A stretch of DNA of 64,000 bases from contig JAUUSJ010000004.1 in NCBI GenBank assembly GCA_030841965.1, forward strand, positions 3,006-67,005, in the 5' to 3' direction. Each line of letters starts with the position of its first letter. Within the stretch, counting starts at the first letter, position 1. Both the position numbers and the translations under genes were made by a program. Below are positions 1-10,079 of the stretch, piece by piece. This DNA is from Blautia sp. (GTDB lineage Bacteria; Bacillota; Clostridia; Lachnospirales; Lachnospiraceae). The notes beneath the pieces were generated by a model that saw nothing but the letters and a program-made list of their open reading frames with translations, searched no databases and was not told where the DNA came from.

Positions 1-10
1 TACACCTTTG

Positions 11-39
11 TTGACTTTCCATTTTTTATATGATATTAT
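11..39 (+). promoter_or_regulatory. Sigma-A-type promoter upstream of the cold-shock gene
   Basis: TTGACT (11-16), a 17-nt spacer, and extended -10 TGaTATTAT (31-39), about 50 nt upstream of the ATG at 91. Confidence 0.55.
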
Positions 40-90
40 AGGAACATCGCTAATTTTGGCGGGAATAATATTTATTTTGGAGGTAACATC

Positions 91-291
91 ATGAGCAAAG
101 GTACAGTAAAGTGGTTCAATAATCAAAAGGGATATGGATTTATCTCAGATGAGCAGGGCAAAGACGTTTTTGTACATTATACAGGATTGAATATGGAAGG
201 ATTTAAATCTTTAGAAGAGGGACAAAGCGTTGAGTTCGATGTCGTAGAAGGAGCAAAAGGACCACAGGCAACTAATGTTACTAAGCTATAA
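91..291 (+). CDS. cspA: Cold-shock protein, CspA family
   Basis: 66-aa ORF. KGYGFI and VFVHY are the RNP1/RNP2 motifs of cold-shock domains. GGAGG lies 7 nt upstream of the ATG. Confidence 0.95.
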   Translation: MSKGTVKWFNNQKGYGFISDEQGKDVFVHYTGLNMEGFKSLEEGQSVEFDVVEGAKGPQATNVTKL

Positions 292-334
292 ATTCGTACC
301 TTTTTGAGTATATAAGCCATAAAGACGAACAAAA

Positions 335-405
335 AAGGCTGTTATAGGAGATTTTAATCATATAGTATATATGAGAATAATCTCTTATGACAGCCTTTTC
401 TTTAT
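335..405. terminator. Bidirectional intrinsic terminator between convergent cspA and the DUF4250 gene
   Basis: Long imperfect hairpin (AAGGCTGTTATAGGAGATT ... AATCTCTTATGACAGCCTT) with an A-run on the 5' side and a T-run on the 3' side. Confidence 0.7.
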
Positions 406-419
406 GCCTAAGATATTGT

Positions 420-608
420 CTACACAAATTGATTTTTTTTCTCATCGTATGTGAAGCCAAAATGATTCAGTTCATAATTAATATCCTCTTTAGAAACCTG
501 CATGTCTGAACAGAGATGGTCTAAAGATGGATAGAAGTCTCTGAGGCGAGTATTGATAAAGCTGTATAAAATAAATGGGTCTTTTGGTAAAGTTTCCTTT
601 GAATTCAT
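420..608 (-). CDS. DUF4250-like small protein
   Basis: 62 aa. LPKDPFILYSFINTRLRDFYPSLDHLC ... GFTYDEKKNQF matches my recollection of the DUF4250 family pattern. Confidence 0.7.
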   Translation of the reverse strand: MNSKETLPKDPFILYSFINTRLRDFYPSLDHLCSDMQVSKEDINYELNHFGFTYDEKKNQFV

Positions 609-803
609 CTTAAATTACTCCTTTCTTTTGGATATTTGTCGACTATGTTTTTGCAAAGTCATACGGTTCTTGCTATCTGAAATAATTGCTGATACAATAG
701 AGAAGGATGTTTGTTTAAAAAAACAAAAAATGCAAGAAACATAGCCAATTTATTCATTATTATATAGGATGAATCCTCTAAGGTCAAGGAGAAAAAAAGA
801 AAA

Positions 804-1397
804 ATGGAGATTTATTTTGTCAGACATGGTCAAACCGACTATAATATACTTGGAAAATACTATGGAAAAACGGATATTCCATTAAATAAAATAGGAGAAA
901 AACAGGCGAGAGAGATGGCAAAATTTTTGTCAAGAGTTCCTATTGAGAAAATTATTACAAGTCCGCTAAAGAGAGCCTATGATACAGCGAGGATAATCGC
1001 TGAGGAGAGAGAAATTCCGATAGAAAAAGAAGAGTTGCTCTGTGAACAGGATTTTGGAATATTTGAAGGAAAAAGCTATATAGAACTTCAAAAAGAATAT
1101 CCAGCGGAATTAAGAGCGTGGAATGAGGATTTTTCTAATACAGCGCCAAAAGGCGGAGAGAGTTTTAGGCAGGTCAGAGAGAGAATGGATAGGTTTATAG
1201 AAAAATTAAGGGAGCAAGAAGAAGAGAGAATTTTGCTCGTGGCGCATAAGGGGAGCTTTGGACATTTTTTTGCGTCGATACTAGGGCTTTCGCTTGAGGG
1301 ATTTTGGAATTTTACGTTTGAGCAGGGCTGTTATTCCAAGATTTCAATAGAAGATGGGTATGCGATTATAAGGAAGATAAATGAAAGGATTGGATGA
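804..1397 (+). CDS. Histidine phosphatase family protein (phosphoglycerate mutase / alpha-ribazole phosphatase-like)
   Basis: N-terminal catalytic motif FVRHGQTDYN and a later VAHKGSF histidine motif. 197 aa. Confidence 0.85.
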   Translation: MEIYFVRHGQTDYNILGKYYGKTDIPLNKIGEKQAREMAKFLSRVPIEKIITSPLKRAYDTARIIAEEREIPIEKEELLCEQDFGIFEGKSYIELQKEYPAELRAWNEDFSNTAPKGGESFRQVRERMDRFIEKLREQEEERILLVAHKGSFGHFFASILGLSLEGFWNFTFEQGCYSKISIEDGYAIIRKINERIG

Positions 1398-2727
1398 GAT
1401 GGATTTATTTGATTATATGAGAGAAAAGAAAATGGAACAGGAGGCTCCACTTGCGGGGAGAATGCGGCCAGAGACATTGGAAGAGATTGTGGGACAACAA
1501 CATATTATCGGAAAAGATAAGATGCTCTACCGCGCAATTTTGGCAGATAAATTGAGTTCACTTATCTTCTATGGACCTCCGGGAACGGGAAAGACAAGCT
1601 TAGCGAGAGTCATCGCCAATACGACGAGTGCTGTCTTTACACAGATGAATGCCACGACCTCTGGAAAAAAGGAGATGGAAAAAGCCGTGGAATCTGCCAA
1701 GAATAATTTGGGAATGTACGGGAAAAAGACGATTTTATTCGTGGATGAAATTCACCGATTTAATAAGGCACAGCAAGATTATCTGCTTCCATTTGTGGAG
1801 GATGGAACGATTATTCTGATTGGAGCTACGACAGAGAATCCGTATTTTGAGGTGAATAACGCCCTCTTATCCCGCTCTAATATTTTTGAATTAAAGCCGC
1901 TGGAGAGGGAAGATATTAAAGCGTTGATTCGAAGAGCAGTGTCAGATGAGAAGAAAGGAATGGGAGTTTATAAGGTAAAGATAGAGGAGGATGCTGTAGA
2001 ATTTTTGGCCGATATGGCGGAGGGAGATGCGAGAAGGGCATTGAATGCCGTGGAATTAGGAGTATTGACGACCAAGAGAGCGAAGGACGGTATCATTTAT
2101 TTTACGCTAAAGACTGCGGAGGAATGTATCCAAAAAAGGGTGGTACGGTATGAGAAAAATGGAGATAACCACTATGACGTGATTTCGGCTTTTATAAAGA
2201 GTATGAGGGGCTCAGACCCAGATGCCGCCGTTTTTTATCTCGCAAAGATGCTAAAGGCTGGGGAGAGTGTCTCTTTTATCTCCAGAAGAATTGTCATCTG
2301 TGCTGCGGAGGATGTGGGACTTGCCGACCCGAATGCCTTAGTTGTGGCGAACGCCGCAGCAGATGCCGTGGAGCGTCTTGGTATGCCAGAGGCTAGAATT
2401 CCTCTTGCAGAGGCGGCTATTTATATTGCAACTGCTCCAAAGAGTAATGCCGCCTACATGGCAATTAACCGCGCAATGCAATATGTAGAAAAGCATCATA
2501 CAGATGCCATCCCAGCTTATTTGCAGGAGGCGGGATATAAGGGAGCGAAGAAATTAAATCGAGGGATTGGATACCAGTATGCGCATGACTATAAAAATCA
2601 TTATGTAAAGCAACAATACCTTCCAGATAATGTACAGGGAGAAAAGTTTTATATTCCAGGGGAGCTTGGACAGGAAAAAGATAGGGTGGAATATTTGAAG
2701 AAAATATATGAGGAATCAGATATGTGA
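1381..2727 (+). CDS. rarA: Replication-associated recombination protein A (AAA+ ATPase)
   Basis: Walker A GPPGTGKTS, Walker B LFVDEIHRFNK, and the RGSDPDAAVFYLAKM MgsA C-terminal signature. An alternative start at 1399 is possible. Confidence 0.92.
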   Translation: MKGLDEMDLFDYMREKKMEQEAPLAGRMRPETLEEIVGQQHIIGKDKMLYRAILADKLSSLIFYGPPGTGKTSLARVIANTTSAVFTQMNATTSGKKEMEKAVESAKNNLGMYGKKTILFVDEIHRFNKAQQDYLLPFVEDGTIILIGATTENPYFEVNNALLSRSNIFELKPLEREDIKALIRRAVSDEKKGMGVYKVKIEEDAVEFLADMAEGDARRALNAVELGVLTTKRAKDGIIYFTLKTAEECIQKRVVRYEKNGDNHYDVISAFIKSMRGSDPDAAVFYLAKMLKAGESVSFISRRIVICAAEDVGLADPNALVVANAAADAVERLGMPEARIPLAEAAIYIATAPKSNAAYMAINRAMQYVEKHHTDAIPAYLQEAGYKGAKKLNRGIGYQYAHDYKNHYVKQQYLPDNVQGEKFYIPGELGQEKDRVEYLKKIYEESDM

Positions 2728-2805
2728 TAGATTTTCATGAAAGAATATTGCTTTTTGGAGTAAATACAGTTACAATAGAAAAAAGTAGAAATTGAGGGTA
2801 AGAGT

Positions 2806-3594
2806 ATGAAAATAATAGAAAAACATTGGAAGATTTTACTTATTATTTGTCTTGGAGTGGCAGTTATCCTCGGAATTTGTCTAAAAGTTTTTATTGACCG
2901 AGGGAACGAGAGAGAGAAAACAACCCAAAATTCTCTAAAGAAATTAGAAAGTTTGGCTGCAAATAAAGATAATTTGAGTGAGATTGAGAAGGAAATTCAA
3001 GAAAAAGATGATGCGACTAGGACGACTCGCTCTGTGGAAGAGGTGACATCGACAGATAATATTAATAGTTTAAATACGAGATATATAGGTTCTGTCGTCG
3101 TCGGGGATTCGATTACAGAGGGACTTACTGCATTTAGTATATTAAGTTCGGATAAAGTTGTGTATAAGAGGGGAGTCAGCATAAAAGATACAAAATCCCT
3201 TCTGGATACGGCGGCGGGGCTCAATCCGACGAATCTTTTTTTAGCTTTTGGTATGAATGATATAGAGACATATAAGTCAGATATTGATTCTTTTATCGCC
3301 GCCTATAAGGAGAAGATAGAGTATGTAAGACAGATTATGCCGAATGCCAAGATTTTTGTCAATAGCATACAGCCAGCTACGGCAACGGTGATTGCGAAGA
3401 GAACGGATTTTTCTAGAGTACCGCAGTATGACGAGGCGCTTCAGAAAATGTGTGAGGAACTTTCCATTACATATATTGATAATCAGTATATTTTGGAAGA
3501 GCATCCAGAGTTTTATGCGCAGGATGGAATCCATGTTTCATCTTCCTATTACCCAATCTGGTTAGAAAATATGGCAGAAAAGGCGGGGATTTAA
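2806..3594 (+). CDS. Membrane-anchored SGNH/GDSL hydrolase-acyltransferase family protein
   Basis: N-terminal TM helix. Block I VVVGDSITEG, block III GMND, and block V DGIH. Confidence 0.75.
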   Translation: MKIIEKHWKILLIICLGVAVILGICLKVFIDRGNEREKTTQNSLKKLESLAANKDNLSEIEKEIQEKDDATRTTRSVEEVTSTDNINSLNTRYIGSVVVGDSITEGLTAFSILSSDKVVYKRGVSIKDTKSLLDTAAGLNPTNLFLAFGMNDIETYKSDIDSFIAAYKEKIEYVRQIMPNAKIFVNSIQPATATVIAKRTDFSRVPQYDEALQKMCEELSITYIDNQYILEEHPEFYAQDGIHVSSSYYPIWLENMAEKAGI

Positions 3595-4076
3595 TGATGG
3601 ACCGAACGATGACGATATTAAAAATCTTAATGCTTTGTTTTTTGTTTGGATTTTTATTTTATCTAAATACAAGAGATAGTACAAAAGATATATCCGTGAG
3701 TGAGATTGCAAAGCAACTAAAAGAAGAGGAAAGCATAGCCAATTTAGTAGAGGGAGATGCCAACTCACTAAAACGTTATTATAGTCTAAACGCCAATGAT
3801 TATGATGGATTTGCATTATGGACTTCAGAAAATCCTATGGATGTGGACGAGGTCATTGTCATAAAAGCAAAGTCGGATGAGCAGATGGATGATTTAGAGG
3901 ATAGTATAGAAGATAGAATTAAGACGCAAAAGCAAAACTTCGAGGGATATGGAGCTGAGCAGACGGCTTTACTAGAAGAGAGCATTGTAGTGACAAGAGG
4001 AGATTATATATTTTTTGCTGTCTCTAAGAATGCAGCTTCCTGGGAATCTATATTTTTAGAATGCATAAAACGATGA
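3594..4076 (+). CDS. DUF4358-like membrane-anchored protein
   Basis: 160 aa with an N-terminal TM helix. The start overlaps the upstream stop (ATGATG). The pattern resembles DUF4358 proteins that accompany MBOAT/DHHW genes in Clostridia (from memory). Confidence 0.6.
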   Translation: MMDRTMTILKILMLCFLFGFLFYLNTRDSTKDISVSEIAKQLKEEESIANLVEGDANSLKRYYSLNANDYDGFALWTSENPMDVDEVIVIKAKSDEQMDDLEDSIEDRIKTQKQNFEGYGAEQTALLEESIVVTRGDYIFFAVSKNAASWESIFLECIKR

Positions 4077-4097
4077 GAATGAGATAAGAGGTAGAAC

Positions 4098-5489
4098 ATG
4101 ATATTTAGTAGCATATATTTTATATTTATATTTTTGCCAGTAGTAATCCTTTTGTATTTTCTGGCACCACCGATATTAAAGAATACAGTGCTTTTTATTT
4201 CTAGTATTTTCTTTTATGCCTGGGGAGAGCCCATCTATATTGTGTTGATGCTTTTTAGCATTGTATTTAATTTTATGATGGGAATTGACATAGATAATCA
4301 CAGAGATGATAAGCATTATCAAAAGTTAAATTTAATTTTTACGATTATTGTAGATTTATTTATTTTAGGATTTTTTAAGTATTATGGATTTTTGCTGGAT
4401 ACGATAAATCAGTTATTACATATCAATATCTCATATAAGGCATTGGCGCTTCCGGTAGGTATTTCTTTTTATACGTTCCAGACATTATCGTACGTGATTG
4501 ATGTATACTGGGGCAAGGTAAAAGCGCAGAGGAATATCATCGACTTTGGACTTTATGTCAGTATGTTTCCACAGTTGATTGCAGGACCGATTGTCAAGTA
4601 TATTGATATAGAAAAACAGCTGAAAAATAGAAAGATAACGATTGTGACAATCGGGCAGGGGATGGAGTTTTTTGTGAAGGGATTGGCGAAGAAAGTATTG
4701 CTCGCCAATAATATAGGTGCCCTGGCGACAGAGATATCTGCTCTCTCAGCAGATAAGACATCGACTATCACCGCAATCTTGGGAGTTATCGCCTACAGTA
4801 TGCAGATTTATTTTGATTTTAGTGGATACTCCGATATGGCAATTGGTCTTGGTAAGATGTTTGGTTTTACATTTATGAAAAATTTTGATTATCCGTATAC
4901 GTCAAAGAGTGTCACAGAATTCTGGAGAAGATGGCATATCTCTCTTGGAAGTTGGTTTCGACAGTATGTATATATTCCGCTCGGAGGTAATCGAGTGGGT
5001 ACGATAAAGCATATTCGTAATATTTTTATTGTATGGTTTGCTACAGGACTTTGGCATGGAGCAAGCTGGAATTTTGTCCTATGGGGTGTATTTTTTGGAG
5101 TACTGCTTCTTTTTGAAAAGTATTTTTTCTTACAAAAACTGGAGAAACTTCCTACTATCCTGTCACATATTTATACATTAGTCTGTGTAAATATTAGCTG
5201 GATTTTTTTTGAGAATACATCTTTGAGTAAGATTGGACATGTGTTTAGGATGATTTTGGGAATGGGAAATGGATTTATCGATATCAGAGCTTTATACTAT
5301 ATAAAAACAAATTTTCTCTTGTTTTTCATATGTATTTTATGTTGTAGTCCGTTCTTATATCGAATTTTTAAGAAGTTAACTGTGAAAAATAGGTGTATAG
5401 GCTTGATTATTAATATTGGTCTATTTATAATTAGTATTGCATATCTAGTATATGATACTTATAATCCATTTTTATATTTTCGATTCTAG
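4098..5489 (+). CDS. MBOAT family O-acyltransferase (AlgI/DltB-like)
   Basis: Polytopic membrane protein. The conserved FWRRWHISLGSWFRQYVYIPLGGNR block contains the catalytic His typical of MBOATs. Confidence 0.9.
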   Translation: MIFSSIYFIFIFLPVVILLYFLAPPILKNTVLFISSIFFYAWGEPIYIVLMLFSIVFNFMMGIDIDNHRDDKHYQKLNLIFTIIVDLFILGFFKYYGFLLDTINQLLHINISYKALALPVGISFYTFQTLSYVIDVYWGKVKAQRNIIDFGLYVSMFPQLIAGPIVKYIDIEKQLKNRKITIVTIGQGMEFFVKGLAKKVLLANNIGALATEISALSADKTSTITAILGVIAYSMQIYFDFSGYSDMAIGLGKMFGFTFMKNFDYPYTSKSVTEFWRRWHISLGSWFRQYVYIPLGGNRVGTIKHIRNIFIVWFATGLWHGASWNFVLWGVFFGVLLLFEKYFFLQKLEKLPTILSHIYTLVCVNISWIFFENTSLSKIGHVFRMILGMGNGFIDIRALYYIKTNFLLFFICILCCSPFLYRIFKKLTVKNRCIGLIINIGLFIISIAYLVYDTYNPFLYFRF

Positions 5490-5512
5490 GAAAGAAAGAG
5501 AGGAAAAAGAGA

Positions 5513-6664
5513 ATGAAAAAAAAGAAAAAATCTCTCTTATTTTTCAGAGATATGGCAATTATCTTTATTTTGCTTATTTTTATACTTACAATTTTAAATC
5601 TCTTAAAAAAAGACCAGAGTTTCTCGGAATCGGAGAACCGAATGTTGGCGGAAAAGCCCCAATTTTCGGTGAGTAGATTGGTGCAGGGAAAATATACAGA
5701 TAGTTTTGAAACTTATGTCAATGACCAATTTATTTTTCGAGACTTCTTTGTAAGACTAAAAACTATGACAGATTATCTTCTCGGCAAGAGAGAGGAAAAT
5801 AATGTGTTTTTAGGAAAAAAAGGGTATTTAATTGAGAATTTTACAGAGCCAGATAAAGAAAATGTGGAGGCGAATGAGGAGGCGATTTTATCCTTTTCCA
5901 ATGAGCAGAGTCAGATAAAGCAGTATATGCTCCTTACGCCGACAGCGATTTCTATTTTAGATGATTATTTACCTCTCTTTGCGAGAGGAAATGACCAGAG
6001 AACGGCAATCAGTGATTTTAGGACGGCGCTCGAGGAAAGTCCGATAGAGATGATTGATGTGGAGGAGGCATTGCTTGAGAATAAAGAGAACGATGTCTTT
6101 TATAAGACCGACCATCATTGGACAAGTTTTGGGGCGTACGTGGCATTTGAGGAGGCCGCAAAGGTCATGGGATTACAGACGGAGACGGTATCTTACGAGG
6201 CAAATATAGTGACATATGATTTTCAGGGAACTTTATCTGCCAAGAGTGGATTTCGGACGGACGAGAAGGAAAAGATGGAAGTATATCTTCCAAAGTCCGG
6301 TGGAGTATCCTATGTCGTGAATTATGTGGAGGAGCAGCAAAAGACAACGACTCTATATAATACGGAGAAACTGAAGGAGAGAGATAAGTACGCAATGTTT
6401 CTAGATGGAAATCACTCCCAGGTTAAAATTCAGACAACTGCGGAGAGTGGAGAGCGTCTGCTTATCTTTAAGGATTCGTATGCCAATAGCTTTATTCAGT
6501 TTTTATTGCCCTATTATAGAGAGATAGTAATTGTGGATCCAAGATACTATTATGAAGATATTCGAGGGCTAATTGAGGAAGAACAGATTAGTCAAATTTT
6601 ATATTTATATAATGCCAATACGTTTTTTGAGGATAATACTCTTAGAACCGTGCTTGGAACTTAA
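5513..6664 (+). CDS. DHHW family protein (AlgX/AlgJ-like extracytoplasmic acyl-transfer partner)
   Basis: N-terminal TM helix and the eponymous KTDHHWT motif. It sits directly downstream of the MBOAT gene. Confidence 0.85.
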   Translation: MKKKKKSLLFFRDMAIIFILLIFILTILNLLKKDQSFSESENRMLAEKPQFSVSRLVQGKYTDSFETYVNDQFIFRDFFVRLKTMTDYLLGKREENNVFLGKKGYLIENFTEPDKENVEANEEAILSFSNEQSQIKQYMLLTPTAISILDDYLPLFARGNDQRTAISDFRTALEESPIEMIDVEEALLENKENDVFYKTDHHWTSFGAYVAFEEAAKVMGLQTETVSYEANIVTYDFQGTLSAKSGFRTDEKEKMEVYLPKSGGVSYVVNYVEEQQKTTTLYNTEKLKERDKYAMFLDGNHSQVKIQTTAESGERLLIFKDSYANSFIQFLLPYYREIVIVDPRYYYEDIRGLIEEEQISQILYLYNANTFFEDNTLRTVLGT

Positions 6665-6693
6665 AATATGAGATATAAGGAGACAAAAGAAGG

Positions 6694-7344
6694 ATGAAGA
6701 TAGATAGTATAATATTTGATTTGGATGGAACTTTGTGGAATTCGACGAAGACGGTGGCGGATGCGTGGAATGAAGTATTGGAAGAGTTGGGAATAGAAAA
6801 ACAGATGTCCGAGGAGGACTTACTTGGATTGATGGGGCTTCAATGGCCAGATATTGTCAAAACTCATTTTGAGGAATATGATAAGAAAGTAATGGAATTA
6901 CTAAAAGAAAGACTTGACAAAAAAGAGTTGATTCGTATTAGGGAACACGGAGCGACACCGATGCCAGGGATGCTCTCTACGGTACATTCCCTAAAGAAAA
7001 AATATCGTTTATTTATCGTGAGTAACTGTCAGAAGGGATATGTGGATGTCTTTTTAGATTTATTTGATTTATGGGACGATTTTGAGGGATTTATCTGTGC
7101 GGAAGCTACGGGACTCTCAAAGGGAGAGAATAATAAACTTCTGATAGAAAAATATAATTTAAAGTCTCCCGTTTATATTGGAGATACGAAGGGGGATTTA
7201 GAATCAGCGAGAGTTGCCCAGATTCCTTTTATATATGCGAGCTATGGCTTTGGCAAGATAGAGGAAGAAGAAAAAATGAAAAAAATTACATGCTTAAATG
7301 AGCTAGAAGAGTTGCTGGAATTTATGATGAGCGAGGAAGGATAA
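6694..7344 (+). CDS. HAD-superfamily hydrolase (phosphoglycolate phosphatase-like)
   Basis: Motif I FDLDGTLW, motif II VSN, and motif IV GDTKGD. Confidence 0.8.
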   Translation: MKIDSIIFDLDGTLWNSTKTVADAWNEVLEELGIEKQMSEEDLLGLMGLQWPDIVKTHFEEYDKKVMELLKERLDKKELIRIREHGATPMPGMLSTVHSLKKKYRLFIVSNCQKGYVDVFLDLFDLWDDFEGFICAEATGLSKGENNKLLIEKYNLKSPVYIGDTKGDLESARVAQIPFIYASYGFGKIEEEEKMKKITCLNELEELLEFMMSEEG

Positions 7345-7350
7345 GCAAAC

Positions 7351-10065
7351 ATGAGTAAAGAACCAAATGGAAATTCATCTTGGATGAAAAGACTAATAAA
7401 TTTTTTGGAAGATGACGGGGAAAGTTTGGAAGTTACAGGGGAGAAGGAAGAAAAACAAGAAGAAAAACAAGAAGAAAAAGAGATACAAAGTATCTCAGAT
7501 GAGGGAACGGATAGAAAGCGAAAAAAAGCCAAAAAAAGGTCCAGAGTGAGAAGAGAAGGCTCTAGCAGAAAAAGAAAATCTTCTTCTCCTGGAGATAGAG
7601 TTGGCAGAAAGAAAAAGGCAAAAAAAAGTGAGGGGATTTTTGCGACATTATTTCGTATTCTTGTTGTCGCCATGTTTCTCGGTGTGGTTGGTATCGGAGT
7701 TTCTTTTTTCATTAATCCGAGGGAGAAGCCGGAGGAGACTTTGCAAAGATATGTGGACCACTTGAATAAAAAAGAGTACGAGCAGATGTATGAGATGCTT
7801 GATGATACGACGAAGCAGAGTGTTACGCAGGAGACTTTTGTAAACCGCAATAAAAGAATTTATAAGGGAATTGATGCGACTGATGTGAAAATCGACGTGG
7901 AGGAAGTAAATCGCATGGATAATGGCGAGAGAGTCGTGAAATATAATATGTCGCTCAGTACTCTAGCGGGTGATATTGAGTTTGAGAATACAGTGACTTT
8001 ATTGAAGGGAGAAGAGAGGGATTATAATATTGTCTGGAGCGATAGTATGATTTTTCCAGAATTGACAAGCGAAGATAAAGTGAATGTGGAGACAGACCCA
8101 GCGACAAGAGGAAGGATTTTAGACCGAAATGACGTTGTACTTGCCCATGAAGTGACAAGATATAAGGTTATTTTAGATAAATCCAAATTAGATGAGAATG
8201 ATAAGGATTCTGTCATCTATGAGATTGCCAGTATCACAGGTAAAGAAAGCAGTGAGATAAGACAAAAGATAGACGATGCGAAGGAAGATGCAGAAGTTAC
8301 GATTACAAAATTGAGTGAAGATAGAGTGACGGCGCGAAGTCTTTTGCAGGAAATGTCGTGTATTACAGTGGAAGAGATGACAGAGAGAGTATATCCGTAC
8401 GGAAAGTATACGGCTCATGTCGTCGGATATATACAGACAATTACGTCCGAGGAGCGAGAGAAACATCAAGGTGAGGGATATTCCAGTGAGAGTGTGATAG
8501 GAAAACGTGGAGTAGAGAGACTTTTTGAGTCCAAACTTCGAGCGAAAGACGGACATACGATTCAGATTTTAGATTCCAATGGAAATGTGAAATCACAGGT
8601 CGCAAAGAGTGAGAAACAAGACGGAGAGGATTTAAAGCTTACGATTGATATTTCTACGCAGGTAAATGCATTTTTACAGTTCCAAAATGACAAGAGCTGT
8701 ACGGTTGTGATTAATCCTAATACAGGAGAGGTATTGGCTCTTGCGAGCACGCCGACTTATAATCCAAATAAATTTATTACAGGATTTACGGAGGAAGAGT
8801 GGAAAGAGCTTGACGAGGCGGAGGAGAATCCGCTCTACAGTCGTTACCAGTCCGTTTACTGTCCAGGCTCATCCTTTAAGCCGATTACGGCTGCGATAGG
8901 TCTTGACACGGGAGCTTTTACGGCGGACGAGAATTTTGGATATACAGGTACTTCCTGGCAGAAGGATGCAAGTTGGGGAAAACGTACAATCACAACTTTA
9001 CACGAATATGGTTCGGAAGTAATCCTAAAAAATGCATTGATTTATTCGGATAATATTTATTTTGCCAAAGCTGCTCTAAAAATCGGAGGAGATACATTCC
9101 TGAAAAAATTGAGGGAGATTGGATTTTACGAGGCGTTCGATTTTGACTTTTCTCTCGAAGAGTCTGTCGCAACGGAGGAGGAGAATGGTAATCTTAACTC
9201 AGAGCTTCAGTTGGCGGATACTGGATATGGTCAGGCTCAAGTATTAGTAAATCCTGTTCATATGGCGTCTATTTATAGTGCATTTTTGAATGAGGGAAAT
9301 ATGGTAAAACCATATTTGGAGTATAAAGAGGATAAGACTCCGACTTACGCAGTGAAGAATGCATTTACAGCAAAGACAGCACAGACATTGAAGGAAGACT
9401 TGATTGAGGTCGTAGAAAATGTCAATGGAACTGGTCATGACGCAAAGATATACGGAAAAACGGTTGGCGGAAAGACTGGAACTGCAGAGCTTAAGATGAC
9501 GCAGGAAGATGAGACAGGAACAGAGCTTGGATGGTTTGATGCCTTTTGTATTAATCCTGATGGAGATGGCTCAGATGACATATTGGTTATCTCTATGGTT
9601 GAGGATGTAAAGGGTCGAGGAGGAAGCGGATATGTTGTTCCCCGTGTGAGAAATATTTTGGCGAATTACGGAACGAATGTTGCAAGATATGCCAATATAT
9701 ATGAGAGTGAGGAGGATGATGAGAAGACGGAGTGGGGCTCTGCGGGTTCGACAGTCTATTCTTATAGAACAACAACGACCTCAACAACGGCGACGACAAC
9801 GGCAACGTCTACCACTTCGACAAGGAGCAATACGAGTAGCTCAACAAGCACGACAAGCACAGCAACGAGTACTTCGACGAGCACAAGTACTAGCACAGCG
9901 ATGACTGGCACGAGTGATACGACAACGGCGACGAGTAGTCATCACCAAACGACGGGACAGACGACAAGTACCTATAATTCTACGAGCGACAGCACGAGTG
10001 GACAGGAAAATCACAGTGAAGAATATGTATCAGAAGAACATTATGATGATTATACATTTGAATAA
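7351..10065 (+). CDS. Class B penicillin-binding protein (transpeptidase) with a charged cytoplasmic N-terminus and a Ser/Thr-rich C-terminal tail
   Basis: It has a TM helix. Active-site motifs are SSFK (SxxK), YSDN (SxN) and KTGTAE (KTG). An MecA_N/NTF2-like region follows the TM helix. Confidence 0.9.
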   Translation: MSKEPNGNSSWMKRLINFLEDDGESLEVTGEKEEKQEEKQEEKEIQSISDEGTDRKRKKAKKRSRVRREGSSRKRKSSSPGDRVGRKKKAKKSEGIFATLFRILVVAMFLGVVGIGVSFFINPREKPEETLQRYVDHLNKKEYEQMYEMLDDTTKQSVTQETFVNRNKRIYKGIDATDVKIDVEEVNRMDNGERVVKYNMSLSTLAGDIEFENTVTLLKGEERDYNIVWSDSMIFPELTSEDKVNVETDPATRGRILDRNDVVLAHEVTRYKVILDKSKLDENDKDSVIYEIASITGKESSEIRQKIDDAKEDAEVTITKLSEDRVTARSLLQEMSCITVEEMTERVYPYGKYTAHVVGYIQTITSEEREKHQGEGYSSESVIGKRGVERLFESKLRAKDGHTIQILDSNGNVKSQVAKSEKQDGEDLKLTIDISTQVNAFLQFQNDKSCTVVINPNTGEVLALASTPTYNPNKFITGFTEEEWKELDEAEENPLYSRYQSVYCPGSSFKPITAAIGLDTGAFTADENFGYTGTSWQKDASWGKRTITTLHEYGSEVILKNALIYSDNIYFAKAALKIGGDTFLKKLREIGFYEAFDFDFSLEESVATEEENGNLNSELQLADTGYGQAQVLVNPVHMASIYSAFLNEGNMVKPYLEYKEDKTPTYAVKNAFTAKTAQTLKEDLIEVVENVNGTGHDAKIYGKTVGGKTGTAELKMTQEDETGTELGWFDAFCINPDGDGSDDILVISMVEDVKGRGGSGYVVPRVRNILANYGTNVARYANIYESEEDDEKTEWGSAGSTVYSYRTTTTSTTATTTATSTTSTRSNTSSSTSTTSTATSTSTSTSTSTAMTGTSDTTTATSSHHQTTGQTTSTYNSTSDSTSGQENHSEEYVSEEHYDDYTFE
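9766..10005 (+). repeat. Low-complexity ACN/AGC-rich coding repeat encoding the Ser/Thr tail of the PBP
   Basis: It translates to TTTTSTTATTTATSTTSTRSNTSSSTSTTSTATSTSTSTSTST... It also generates spurious alternate-frame ORFs such as 9677..9904. Confidence 0.8.
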
Positions 10066-10079
10066 TAAATTTTAATATA

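Noticed and set aside
7242-7850. 202-aa minus-strand ORF overlapping the HAD gene end and the PBP gene start
   Set aside because: It is antisense to two well-supported genes. Its composition (S/F/L-rich) mirrors the K/E-rich low-complexity coding strand, and it has no SD.
9677-9904. 75-aa Arg/Gln-rich plus-strand ORF, and the 9593..9805 minus-strand ORF
   Set aside because: These are alternate-frame readings of the ACN/AGC repeat that encodes the Ser/Thr tail of the PBP.
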